From Chiloscyllium plagiosum (lineage: Eukaryota), in contig NC_057719.1 in assembly GCF_004010195.1 (NCBI RefSeq), positions 61,542,379-61,564,440 of the forward strand: a stretch of DNA of 22,062 bases, given 5' to 3'. The notes below the pieces were generated by a model. It saw only the letters and a program-made list of their open reading frames with translations, searched no databases and was not told where the DNA came from. Numbering within the stretch: position 1 is the first letter of the stretch; every line of letters begins with the position of its first letter. A program made the position numbers and the translations under genes. Below, piece by piece: positions 1 through 10,514 of this stretch.

Positions 1-99
1 TGTGTCAAGGTTTCTTTACCGGTTGCAGGACTTTGCTGGGTATGTGCGCATGTCGCAGAACAACAAAGGCATGGATTTTGTGATTCTACGGCATTCAAA

Positions 100-210
100 C
101 TTCCTCAGAAATGAAGAGTCATATCAGGCTCAAAACAGCAACACTTTTTTATGCTCCACATATGCTAACAGATCTGCAGAGTTTATTCCACATTTTCTAT
201 GTTCTTTTGC
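100..210 (+). mobile_element. Very degenerate single arm of an HHR-bearing PLE-type short repeat
   Basis: atgaagagtcatatcaggctcaaaac...ctccacatatgctaacagatctgcagagtttattccac resembles the right arms of the elements at 5454-5551 and 8110-8207; core is broken. Confidence 0.4.
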
Positions 211-275
211 CATTAACCTTTGCTAGTTTTGGTTCAGAATTAAAAAACACACAATACCAGGTTATAATCCAACAG

Positions 276-448
276 TCATGATTTGGAGATGCCGGTGTTG
301 GACTGGGGTGTACAAAGTTAAAAATCACACAACACCAGGTTATAGTCCAACAGGTTTAATTGGAAGCACACTAGCTTTTGGAGCGACCCTCCTTCATCAG
401 GTGATTGTCACAATCACTATAACCTGGTGTTGTGTGATTTTTAACTTC
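276..448 (-). mobile_element. Nested family A short copy with small inverted arm
   Basis: 12-bp TSD ataatccaacag at 264-275 and 449-460. aagttaaaaatcacacaacaccaggttatagt is mirrored at 416-447. Confidence 0.85.
369..403 (-). ncRNA. Minimal type I hammerhead ribozyme motif (G12->A, probably inactive)
   Basis: Minus strand: CAC-CUGAUGA-A-GGAG ggucg CUCC-AAAA-GC-UA/GUG. Stem I CAC:GUG, palindromic AGCU stem III. Confidence 0.75.
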
Positions 449-473
449 ATAATCCAACAGGTTTATTTGAAAA

Positions 474-508
474 CACTAGCTTTTGGAGCGCTGCTCCTTC
501 ATCAGGTG
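474..508 (-). ncRNA. Minimal type I hammerhead ribozyme motif (G12->A)
   Basis: Minus strand: CAC-CUGAUGA-A-GGAGC agc GCUCC-AAAA-GC-UA/GUG. Confidence 0.75.
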
Positions 509-769
509 GTTATGGAGAATAAGATCATGATCACAGAATTTATAGCCAAAGGAGTCCACTGTCATGGAGATGGGATACAATAAACAATTTTAGATTAAAT
601 ATTTCATCATTTAGAATGGGATGTGCTGGTTTCTGTTCTTTGATATGTAAATCTCAGAACTTCTTTTAAATTACATTCTCAAGGTAGTTCAGCTTTTCTC
701 ATAATAGGTGTGACGTCTGCATGTGTCCCAATGTTGGGTCAGGTTGAGAAGTCCTCTGCATAGTTTTAC

Positions 770-840
770 ATCAATTCATGTAAAACTTTATGGATTCATG
801 TAAAACATTACATGAACCCACGCAAAACTCTGTAAAACTA
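770..840 (+). repeat. Short degenerate tandem repeat (about 20-bp unit, attcatgtaaaac.tta) at the centre of the large palindrome
   Basis: attcatgtaaaactttatgg / attcatgtaaaacattacat followed by degenerate copies (gcaaaact, gtaaaact). Confidence 0.55.
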
Positions 841-958
841 TGGAGACGGTTTGTCAGTCTGACTCAACACTGGGACACAGACAGACTTCTCACCTATTGT
901 AAGAAAAGCTGAGCTATCTTGAGAATGATTTGGAGGTGCTGGTGTTGGACTGGGGTGG

Positions 959-1244
959 GAGTTGAAAAATGTAGTGCTGGAAAAACACAGCAGGCCAGGC
1001 AGCATCTGAGGAGCAGGAGAATCGACGTTTCACCCTCACCACCTTCCACCTATCGTGTTCCCAGCGCCCCTCCCCCCTACCTTTTATCTCAGCCCGCTTG
1101 GCACACCAGCCACATTCCTGAAGAAGGGCTTATGCTCGAAGCGTCGATTCTCCTGCTCCTCGGATGCTGCCTGGCCTGCTGTGTTTTTCCAGCACCACAT
1201 TTTTAACTCTGATCTCCAGCATCTGCAGTCCTCACTTTCTCCGA
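959..1244 (+). mobile_element. PLE 3' end (family B) with inverted 5' arm
   Basis: 15-bp TSD gttggac(t/c)ggggtgg at 944-958 and 1245-1259. 959-1031 is the reverse complement of about 1138-1209. HHR at 1116-1147. Confidence 0.85.
1116..1147 (+). ncRNA. Minimal hammerhead motif, family B (GAAA->GAAG)
   Basis: UC-CUGAAGA-A-GGGC uuau GCUC-GAAG-CG-UC/GA; GUC cleavage triplet. Confidence 0.7.
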
Positions 1245-1455
1245 GTTGGACCGGGGTGGACAAAGTTAAAATCACACAACACCAGGTTATAGACTAACAG
1301 GTTTATTTGGAAGCACGGCCTTTCAGAGCGCTGCTCCTTCTATTCATATTCTAAAAGATGAAAGATTATATCTAACATTGTTTAATGTATCCCAACTCCA
1401 TGAAGTGGACTCCTTTGGCTATAAATTCTGTGATCATGATCTTATTCCCCATAAT

Positions 1456-1490
1456 CACTTGATGAAGGAGCAGTGCTCCAAAAGCTAGTG
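1456..1490 (+). ncRNA. Minimal hammerhead motif, family A (C3->U, G12->A)
   Basis: CAC-UUGAUGA-A-GGAGC agu GCUCC-AAAA-GC-UA/GUG. Confidence 0.65.
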
Positions 1491-1829
1491 CTTCCAAATA
1501 AACCTGTTGGACAATAACCTGGTGTTGTGTGACTTTTAACTTTGTCCATCCCAATCCAACATCAGCACCTCCAAATCTTGGTTCAGAATAGCATCCATGT
1601 CTCAGGTTCTGCAGATTTCGATGCCACCACCAGGAGTATCATTGTTTTTTAGGTAAATATCCTGGCATTTTCCTTTTAACAGTCCCCTAAACTACCAAAG
1701 TAACATCACAGAAGTCCGTGCTGGAAAAGTGCAATTTTCCTTATTTACCTTCAGTTGAATAGAAACCTGGCATCTCTGGGATCTGCCCAAAATTCCAAAC
1801 TATTATTGCACTGTGTGTAAAAATATTTC

Positions 1830-2860
1830 CAACCATCCCTTTTGATGTTCTATGAATTAGTTAAACCCATGTTCCCAAGTTCTTGACTCCCCAAATAGCA
1901 ATAAGTCCTCTCTAACTTCCCTTTCTCATCTTTAATTCCTCAATAGCTTTGATCAAATTGATCCTTAACATTCTATATCCTAGGAATAATACCCTAATTT
2001 GTGCAACCTCTCATTATTTAACCCTTGGAGTCCTTGCATTTCTCAGTTAACCTATACTGTGTATCCTCAAAAACCACAATATTCTTTCAAACATCTCCAT
2101 CATTTTCAACTTCTCATTAATTGAAATGTACGCTGTTCTAGTCTTTTTCAGCTCACTTCAAATGAAACCATATTTGCCAGGTCTTCGCTTAATTTCTAGT
2201 TTTTTTTTTAGTAATTGTACACTGCCTATCTTTGTTACAACAGTAAACTTGAATGTGTGTTTGTCTATCCCGTCATCCAGTGTATTGATAAATACAGTAC
2301 ATAGTTGGGTTCTGATAATTCTGAGACACCACTTGTCTTATCCTGACAATTAGGGTACCTTCCAAATTATCCCTATTCTCTGTCTCCCTTGGCCGATTTC
2401 CTAATGAGGTAAATGAATCTTATTGAATTGAAGGCAAGTTAACTTTAAGTAACAACCCTTTAAGATGGATTTTATCAAATGCCTTCATGAAGTCCATTGA
2501 AATAAAAATCATAGACATTCCACTGTCCACTTTAGTCACTGCATCAAAAAAAACCCCACAGATTTACCAAGCATGTCCTGCCCTTTACAATATTTCAAGG
2601 TGTTCAATTACTTTTTCTTTAATTTCTAGCATCTTTAACAATTTCTGGCAAAAACTGTTAGGTTAATTGGTTCACAGTTTCTCAGTTTCCATATTTATTT
2701 TTCTTAAACAGTGAAGTGACATGCACAATTTTCCAGTCTAAAGGCGCAGTTCCTGAATCAAGTGGAGATTGGAATATTATAGTTAGGTGCAACTGAAATG
2801 TTCCTACCTAATTTTTCAGGATGGAAACCAAATGATATTGGGGATTTTGTCATACTTTAT
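1830..2860 (-). mobile_element. Ancient decayed CR1-clade LINE reverse-transcriptase fragment
   Basis: Minus strand about 2465-2522 reads GMSMIFISMDFMKAFDKIH (RT D.xKAFD motif); NCEPINLTV near 2660-2680 resembles NYRPISLT. Boundaries approximate. Confidence 0.7.
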
Positions 2861-3259
2861 TTTTTATACTGTTATTTTGTCTCTGTTAACTTTGATGACT
2901 CATTTCCTCTGATTCATTATTAGTTTCTTTTGGATGCACAATATACTGACTTCTTCTTCTATCATAACTTCTGATGAAAAGTAATTATTCAACATTTCCT
3001 TATTTTCATTGACAATATAATGACTACCAGTTTTCAAGAGACCCCTATTGATCCAGAGAACCTTTTTTCCTTCTGGTATCATTGTTCAAAGCATTTCACA
3101 GACAATGAGGTAGTTTTGAAGAGTAGTCACTCTTGTTACATCGAAATATAATCAGACAATGATCTTATGCACTTAAGAATGGCACATCTATAAATATGCA
3201 TGCTTGTGGTTTTCGTGTTTAAATAAAGAGAATTAAAAAGCAGACAGAAGATCCAGATC

Positions 3260-3900
3260 AGGACTGTTGGTACCTCCTAAATTGACAATAAGTGATTTGT
3301 TTTCATTAATTGAAAAGCTTATGGAGAAACTTTCTGGTCTGAATTTTAAGATTAAGAATATTGCCTAATTGTGAAAGTGGCCTGAAGTCTAAACTTTGAT
3401 TAGTCTAACTGTACTTTAAAATCCTGGGTATAATATATGACAGGAAAAGAATACAAGGTAATTTATCTGTCATAGTACACTGTGTGTGCAAAGCATACAT
3501 TTGAAACAGCTGGTGTGCTCTTCAGTTAACTGTTATTAAACCCTCAGTTGAATTATAGAATACAAACATCGCTGAATTGCTTATGAAACGTGACCAAGTA
3601 TAACTGTCTGGATATTTTAAATTACTTCAGAACCATTCAATCATTTCATACAAATTAAATCCACAACAACCATTTCTAAATAAAAATCTTTTGCTGCATT
3701 CTGATTACAGAAATCTTGCCCAGAATGTAGATCGTTCTGACATTACCTAACAAAATTCCAACAGCGTAGATCATAAAAACTTAACAACACCAGGTAGGAC
3801 TATTCAGGAAGCAACATAGACATATGCTTAATGCATTATTATCAAAAAGCAATCGCTATCAAGAGAGAAATAGTCAAACTTATTCGCATCCAAATTGTAT
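3260..3900 (-). pseudogene. RGS22-like exon remnants (third RGS-type region)
   Basis: QDFCNQNAAK...VDLICMK-[frameshift]-IEWF* at about 3627-3717; KIQTRKFLHKLF at about 3312-3347 and GTNSP at 3260-3274 versus IKNKYLNKKYFFGPNSP. Confidence 0.5.
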
Positions 3901-4159
3901 TCAGGGAAACAGTAATTGGATGTTACTGAGTCATGTTGTCAAAATAGTTGCATATCTGTGTCTTTTACTCAATGCATTTTAAAACAGCCCAAAAGTTTTT
4001 TTTAGCATCAATGTTTCTTTTTGGAAGTAACTATTTTACTTTGTGCAGGATTTGTTTTGCACTGATTAATAGAAAGACATTGAGCATGAGGCAAGATAAC
4101 ATATCTACATTTAACCTGTACTATAGTTTACCTCAGCACGACTGCAGATTACAGATTCA

Positions 4160-4345
4160 AGGAGTGGAGGAAAAGGAAGGATGGGAAGAGTGGAGTAGTG
4201 GTATGGTGATAGGGGAGGGTGGCAGGGGAAATAAGATGAGGGCATTAAAGGAGAGAAGAGGAGGGGAGGAAAAAGAGAAAGGAAGGGGAAGGGGAGAGGA
4301 GAAAGGAAGGGGAAGGGGATAAGAGTGAAGAGGAAAGAGGAGGCT
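4160..4345 (+). repeat. Purine-rich (GA) low-complexity tract
   Basis: gagaaaggaaggggaagggga occurs twice within 4275-4319; the surrounding sequence is almost all G/A. Confidence 0.85.
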
Positions 4346-5149
4346 TGGTCAAAGAGGGGAAAGCATGATACAGATGGGGAAGGAATTAGTCACAGATTCT
4401 ACCCTCAATCATCAATTAAGATACATCTAGTTGTGGACATTGGGTAAGATGACAATCAGGTGCAGCTATGATGCTACTTGAAGCTGATCAATCCACCAAC
4501 TTCTGAATTTGTTTTTCATTTAAATTAAAGCTCATTTCTAGACAGTTTTAGGGCATTATAAAGGTCAAATTAAACAATATGTCCAATAAAAATTGCACCA
4601 GAAATTTTTTCAGAGAAAAAAATACAACTCCTTTGAAATTCCTTTTCAGGGCCTTCTATGTTTAAATAAGGCATGGCCAATATTTCTGTTTATTCACCAC
4701 AACTGTCACTCCAAATTCTGAATTGTAGCAAAATCACCACTGTATCAGTGGCGGTGTGAATAGTGCTACAGTAACCCTAAGATGGTGTTGCATTGAAGTG
4801 GTTGTTAGTTTGCTATTTCTCTCCCGAAGACCTCCTATGACATTTAGTGTCTACCAGGTCAATCTATTGACAATCCTTCTCCACTGTAATAATTATGAGA
4901 CTTCAGTTTCCTATTGAACATAAGTCTGACTATGAACTCAATTGTATTTATTTCAGCTTGCTCATTGTCTCAGGTTACATAAATACCTTTGTATGATCAT
5001 ATGCAGAACATGTGAACATCCCACAGAAAAGTCCAGCCTCCATTCATCTTGAAAAACCTTTGTCAACAAACATCCAATGTTAAAAAATAAGTTTAGAACC
5101 TGGATCATCAGCACCCTCATGGACAATCCCAATAGTGATAAACTTGATC

Positions 5150-5692
5150 ACCATATCGTCATCATAAGGAGGGGGAACTCAGTCAGCACTGTCAACATCA
5201 GAACTGATGCCATAGGTGGAACACAAAGTTCAGCAAAAGTCCAAACAAAACAATAAAAAGCAGCTGCCTTTTTCAAGTAAAGTTTCCAGAAACGGGACAA
5301 CACCTATACAGAATAAAAGCAGAAAGAACTGTGGATGCTGTAAATCAGAAACAAAAACAAAAATTGCTGGAAAAATGAGCAGATCTGGCAGCAACTGTGG
5401 AGAGAAATCAGAGTTAACATTTCAGGTCAAGTGTTCCTTCCTCAGAGCTCCAGTTCTCAGGAAGAGTCACTCGACCCAAAACGTTAATTCTGATTTCTCT
5501 CGACAGATGCTGCCAGACCTGCTGAGCTATTCCACCTATTTCCATTTTTATAACATCCATACAGCGTTGGCTTTGTCATCAAATCTTAGCTTGTCTGGCA
5601 CCTCAGTGACTCTCCAAAGCAAATAAAAATAGATTTAAAAGTATGCACTACAAAGGAATAAGTTATTGAAGTATTAGCTCAACATCTAAACC
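5150..5692 (-). pseudogene. RGS22-like exon remnant interrupted by an HHR element
   Basis: Removing 5312-5551 and one TSD copy gives one frame: GLDVELILQ*L...KI**QSQRCMDVVPFLETLLEKGSCFLLFCLDFC*TLCSTYGISSDVDSAD*VPPPYDDDM. Confidence 0.6.
5312..5551. mobile_element. Palindromic short PLE-type element (family D) with head-to-head degenerate HHR motifs
   Basis: TSD aacacctatacag 5299-5311 / aacatccatacag 5552-5564. Arms are inverted about ~5450. Plus arm reads gtt-ctcagga-a-gagtc actc gaccc-aaaa-cg-tt/aa. Confidence 0.8.
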
Positions 5693-5907
5693 TTGAAGAA
5701 GAAAAGACAAATCCAGATAGCACTCCAGATGAGTCATCTAGCTTTCATTTGCAAATGAAGTGATTGACTTCGACATAGATAAAGACAAAAAAAAGGGGTT
5801 GAGAAAGCAAAAGGAAATTTTCAATTGCAAAGAAAAGGGGAAGTAAAAGTAATGAACTGAATAGAGAAAAGCTTCCATGAAGTGGGGGAGTAACAGGCAG
5901 ACTTGAC

Positions 5908-6300
5908 AATGAGACAGTAAGGACTGTAGATGCTGGAGTCACTAGATGTGGAGCTGAAGAAGCACAGCAGGTCAGACAGCGTCAGAGGAGCAGGAAAGTC
6001 GACATTTCGAGCCAAGATCCTTCGAGAGGACTGGGGAGGGTTAAGGGAGCCCAGAAACAAATGGGAGTGGGTGGGGGAATGCTAGAAGAAGGGTCGGTGA
6101 GATGGTGACAGGTGGATGCAGGTGGGGGTAACCATGATTGGTTGGTGGGGAGGGGTGAAGCAGATAGGTGAATAGGAAGATGGACAGGTAGGTCAAGTCA
6201 GGGAAGCAGGGAGTAGAAGGAGGACCAGACCTGGGATAAGACTGGGGGGTGGGGAGATTTTGAAGATGGTGAACTCTATATTGAGGCCATTGGGCTGTAA
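5908..6300 (-). mobile_element. 5'-truncated Penelope-like element: end of GIY-YIG ORF, pyrimidine-rich 3' UTR and degenerate HHR
   Basis: Minus strand from 6300 reads LQPNGLNIEFTIFKIS (P.GLN C-terminal motif of PLE GIY-YIG endonucleases). gaaggatcttggctcgaaatgtcgac near 5997-6025. Tail is related to family B. Confidence 0.75.
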
Positions 6301-6354
6301 TTCCTGAGAAGTCAGCTTTAATTCCTGATTTTAATTTGGTATGGAATATTTGCC

Positions 6355-6486
6355 AGATTCCTGAAGAAGGGCTTATGCCCGAAATGTCGATTCTCCTGTT
6401 CCTTGGATGCTGTCTGACCTGCTGCGCTTTACCAGCAACACATTTTTCAGCTCTGATCTCCAGCATCTGCAGTCCTCACTTTCTCC
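6355..6486 (+). mobile_element. 132-bp family B PLE 3' fragment starting just before the HHR
   Basis: Perfect 9-bp TSD atatttgcc at 6346-6354 and 6487-6495; near-identical to 1114-1242. Confidence 0.85.
6359..6390 (+). ncRNA. Minimal hammerhead motif, family B (core intact, stem III palindrome ACGU->AUGU)
   Basis: UC-CUGAAGA-A-GGGC uuau GCCC-GAAA-UG-UC/GA. Confidence 0.8.
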
Positions 6487-6851
6487 ATATTTGCCTAGTG
6501 CCTGAATTCAGTGAATAAGGAGTTGAAATTTATTTTGCCTCATGCGAGAAAATTGCTATTAAATTACAATGTAATAAAATTGTCCAAATATGTCTGTTTC
6601 AAAGTGTTTGGGACAGGAAAACATTGGTGATTTATCTAATGCTTTCAGCTGAGTAATTTGCACATTATGGTTGAATTACAACTGCTGTACCAGAATGTAC
6701 AAGTTAGTTCCAGAAAGTTCCAGACAAATTTTTGAAATCTGAGGAAAAGACAGAATCAGAGTTTGGTAGAATTTGCTAAAGAAAAGAAAGGGTATTTAGT
6801 AGATGGTACAGACCTATCAAGTTGGAGAAAGGGTTTTCAAAACCTTGGAGA

Positions 6852-7200
6852 GTTTTTTTTTAATTTGTTCATAATGTGGACATCGCAGACTGAACCAGTA
6901 TTTATTCCCATCACTGGTTATTCTCGAGAAGGTGGTGATGAACTACCTTCTTAACAGTCACAATCCATTTTGTGTTAGTACATCTACAATATCATTACAG
7001 AGGGAGCTCCAGAATTTGAACCCAGAGTTAAAATTTTGTACTGAAGGAACAGAGTCTATGGTTCTGTGAACGCTGGTGAGTATCCTGGAGAGGAACTTGC
7101 AGGTGATCATATTCTCATATGTACGCAGTCCTTGACCTTCTAGATAGTGTTACTTGTACATTGTGTAAGGAGCCTTGATAAATTTTCGTGGTGTGTCTTA
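6852..7200 (-). mobile_element. Decayed LINE 3' end (CR1/L2-type)
   Basis: T-tract at about 6853-6861 followed by sequence resembling a common shark LINE 3' end; recognised by eye only. Confidence 0.45.
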
Positions 7201-7213
7201 TTAATATACTCAC

Positions 7214-7530
7214 ATCCTGTTTTACATGGATTCATTATCCTGGGATTGGTGTACTTGTGAGGTTGGTCATCGACCTGACTTTCTTTTTCTAATTGATGGG
7301 TCCTGGACAAATCATGCAGTCTTCAATGTAGCTAAGAGATTTCTGTCAAGCGCAATCTGCACTTTTGTGTTATCAATGGGAGGTCCATTTCCCATCCCCT
7401 GTGGATAACAAGCACTTGATATAGTTGTTAGTAGGAGAACTTAAAAACAACATTGGGGTCGTAGCCTTCAAAGCCAATAGATGATGAACATGTACTAGTT
7501 ATACCGAGGGAAAGCATAGCAGAAATCAGA
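7214..7530 (-). pseudogene. RGS22-like exon remnants
   Basis: DFCYAFPRYN*..LRPQCCF (7527 to 7444) versus DIDPFPQMATLLPLRPKSCI. 7398-7214 is bounded by ttatccacag and gtgagt but contains stops. Confidence 0.4.
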
Positions 7531-7968
7531 GACAACTATGATTGAAAGGAACCAGCATGTTATCTTTGTGATTGGATGGGACATGTAAATACAGATCGCC
7601 AGTGGAAATTTGAAACAAAATAGTGGTACTTGTAGGTACATTTAGTGTTTTTCCAAAAAAAATGCAGTACTGGTGAGTGAAGCTAATGACAAACTGATAT
7701 CAGCTAGTTGATTTATAGTGGATGCAACTTGAAACATCGATTAAGGGAGCTTTCTAATTGAGGGTGCAATGATACAATGATACAATTTTTTTTAAATCAG
7801 AGACACCAAAAATCTCATTATTTGTAGAGATATGGAGTCAGCTCAATCCTTGATCTTTAAAAATGATGTGACTTTTCTCTCGAGGAAGTTTGTTAAATGA
7901 ATGTGCATCGATATAGGGCATTATAGTAATTGTTTACCTTTTCCATTGTGCAGAGTGAATTAGTTAAT

Positions 7969-8207
7969 AAAACACAGATCTCTGTGGTTGCTAGAGATCT
8001 GAAACAAAAACAAATTGCTGGAAAAACTCAACAGATCTGGCAGCATTTGTGGGGCAAAAAAGTAGAGTTAATGTATCAAGTCCAGTGACTCTTCATCAAG
8101 ACAGATGAAGTTCTGATGAAGAGTCACTGAACTCAAAATGTTCACTCTGCTTTCTTCCAATAGATACTATCAGACTGGCTGAGCTTTTCCAGCAATTTCT
8201 GCTCTTA
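7969..8207. mobile_element. Palindromic short PLE-type element (family D) with head-to-head HHR motifs
   Basis: TSD aattagt(t/c)aat at 7958-7968 and 8208-8218. Inverted about ~8105. Plus arm gtt-ctgatga-a-gagtc actg aactc-aaaa-tg-tt at 8110-8142. Confidence 0.8.
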
Positions 8208-8348
8208 AATTAGTCAATGGTTCTGTAACTAAGTGGTGTCAAAATATCTTCTTAATCATGTTGACCATGGTTTTGGAAATTGTCTAGATCTTACAATACA
8301 CTGCCTCCAGATATTTCCATAAAATGGTTTGAAATTATTATAATGAAA

Positions 8349-9886
8349 TGTAGCAGCGATAACTTGAAAAACATATGCCTGTCTCTGAATCTATTGAATG
8401 ACAAAACAGCTTGACTCAAGAACTGTCCAAAGAGTCAGAACCTAGATTGAAGAACTTAAAAACAAAACTAAATCTCAAATTAACAGAAAAGAGTTAAAAA
8501 TAACTCAAAAAAGTGACTTGAATCTTTTTGAAGTAAGTCTGCAGCCTAAACCACAGGGGCTAAGCAAATAGCAGCAGTCTTCAAAGCTGGTAGAAGAATA
8601 AAGGAAGACAGTGCTTGAAGACAAAATGACTTGACTGTGATTAATGCTGATGTGTGAGGAAGAACTCAGGCTAAGGAACAGAAATTAAACTTCAGAATGG
8701 TGAAGCTGTTGCTCATGAGGGAAGCGTTGCATAAAGTTCCCACTCAGGTTTTGCTATCATGTCTGAGCTGGCTAGAAAAGAGTATCAAGATGTTTTGACA
8801 AATCATTTGAATGATTTTGAGGAGATTCATAAAGCAGCTAGTCAAGGAGACCTGTCAGCATTTATTTAAACAAAAGGATAACAAATCAGTTATTTGGGTG
8901 CCTGAGATTTTCTTTACGAACTTCAACAATAAAACACTACAGACAAGAAAGAAAATGGAAGTCTGAAATTAAAACCTGAATAAACTGGGCCTGAGATTAC
9001 ATTTGACTTGAAAGCAGTTTCGTAAGGAAGAAATGTAATTTCATTATAATGTCAGAGAATCTGTAACTCTTTTCAATGAAAATCACTCAAGAGGTTACTT
9101 CAATTTCCAAGTAATAAATTTTAATTATCATGGTTACAGAATTAAGGAATACTGTTCCTTGTGATCTGATAATCTTTGACTTGGAAGTAATATAAACAAG
9201 AAGGAAGTTAAGATTTTTAAAAAAGGCAATGGCAGATAAAGAAGGTACCACTGTAAAGAACAAAACAGAATGGCAGATGAGGGAAGAACAGAGAGGGCAC
9301 ATTTGAGTGGAATACGTAATACTATTAAACAGGACCGAAAGCTGAAAAGAGGCTTGAAACAGAGATTATGGTTTAGGTATCCCATGGCCATGCTTCAGTA
9401 TTGCTTACCCAAAATAGCCTGTTTAATGAGTTTGATTAAAGGAGTCCATTGGGGAGCTTGTGTCATAAAGGCAATCTTGAAACTGGATAAGAAATTTCTG
9501 CAGATGTGTGCCGTTTGAGTGAAAACTGTCTCTGTGGAACTCAGAATTCATGGAACTACTATTGTCTGAGACTCAAGGACCAAATCCACAAGGTAAGGAA
9601 AGTGAGAGATCAAATTTACTGGATTGCACGTGGTGTTACATTTCTGCATGGAATGACAAGAATACTTGCAATCTCATAAATTAGTCTTTGTTGTATCTGT
9701 GATTCCATGTGTAATACATAATTCATACTGATTTTAATTTGTCTGTTAATTCTGCCTAATTCATGTTAATTCTGTTTTATGTTAAGATGCAAGTTAAAAA
9801 AGTGAAATCATATTGGTAATTTCTTCAAGGGGTTTGGAATAGTAAAGTTTATTAATTTAGTTTATGTCCCCACAGGGATCATAGCA
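8349..9886 (+). mobile_element. Possible decayed LTR-type element
   Basis: TG...CA ends (tgtagc...gggatcatagca), A-rich body and T-rich 3' part. No TSD or protein motif found. Confidence 0.25.
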
Positions 9887-10514
9887 CAACCTCAACAATA
9901 AAATCTTACTGGCAGGAAAGAGTTGGAGGTGTGAAGTTAAACCTGAACAAGATGGTTCACAGACAACATTTAAATGTTAGCACTGTGTTGGCAATATAAC
10001 ATTTAATCCTAAAGAAAAACAAAAAGGCATACTAAAGCCACATGAGAAGAGGATTTGTGACAGACAATTTAATCTCAATTTACAGTTTACATTTAATGGA
10101 ATTCAAAAATCACAGGGATTGTCAGTAAGTAACAGTGTGGCCCTTGACAAAGCTACTCAGACTGAACCCACTTTTTCATGTTTAATGAGGAAACCCATAC
10201 AAGCTGTGCAAAGTGAGAGAGATGATAAAGCTTAACAGAAGGCAAAGCTACCAGCAGTGAAGCAATTTCTCATTTATGAGAGAAAGAATTTTAGAGACTC
10301 ATACAAGATTGGTTTTGTTGGTGGTAATGAGTTAATCTATGTGAGGGTGTCGATGTGGATTGTTTAATAGTGAAATATGCCAACAGAGAGAGAATATTAC
10401 TTGTACTTGTATTATCTGTTAAAATGTACAAGATGTTAGAAGTTGTTGTATTTTGTTGAGCATGATAGAAAAATTACGGTTTAAAATACAACCCCTTTCA
10501 GAAAACTTACTTAC

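Larger units (their letters stand above)
927..1340 (-). mobile_element. Further family A copy, split by the 959-1244 insertion
   Basis: 927-958 plus 1260-1340 rejoin to the same sequence as 280-395; ends inside the HHR core. Confidence 0.75.
241..1577. mobile_element. Composite palindromic PLE-derived insertion (family A) containing nested insertions
   Basis: 12-bp TSD ttggttcagaat at 229-240 and 1578-1589. Left arm (241-275 plus 461-770) is the reverse complement of the right arm (831-926 plus about 1345-1577). HHR motif in each arm. Confidence 0.8.

Noticed and set aside
278..1554. ORFs 278-583, 919-1206, 1055-1297, 1084-1275 and 1372-1554 as host proteins
   Set aside because: All lie in non-coding repeat arms; their mutual similarity comes from repeated and inverted copies.
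241..1577. CRISPR-like array of recurring ~35-bp motifs
   Set aside because: Copies occur in both orientations with irregular spacing, are explained by nested insertions with TSDs, and the context is eukaryotic with no cas genes.
3948..4322. 124-aa ORF with a charged C-terminus
   Set aside because: Open only because of the GA-rich low-complexity tract.
5299..5320. Apparent minus-strand splice acceptor (ttttattctgtatag) at 5305-5304
   Set aside because: Formed by the element end plus the TSD; the ancestral frame continues across the insertion.
5216..6518. ORFs 5216-5626, 6041-6466 and 6336-6518
   Set aside because: Chimeric read-through of repeat insertions with no coherent domain.
5312..8207. 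Classical DNA-transposon MITE interpretation of the palindromes
   Set aside because: TSDs are long and variable, arms are unequal, and single-arm relatives link to a PLE ORF end.
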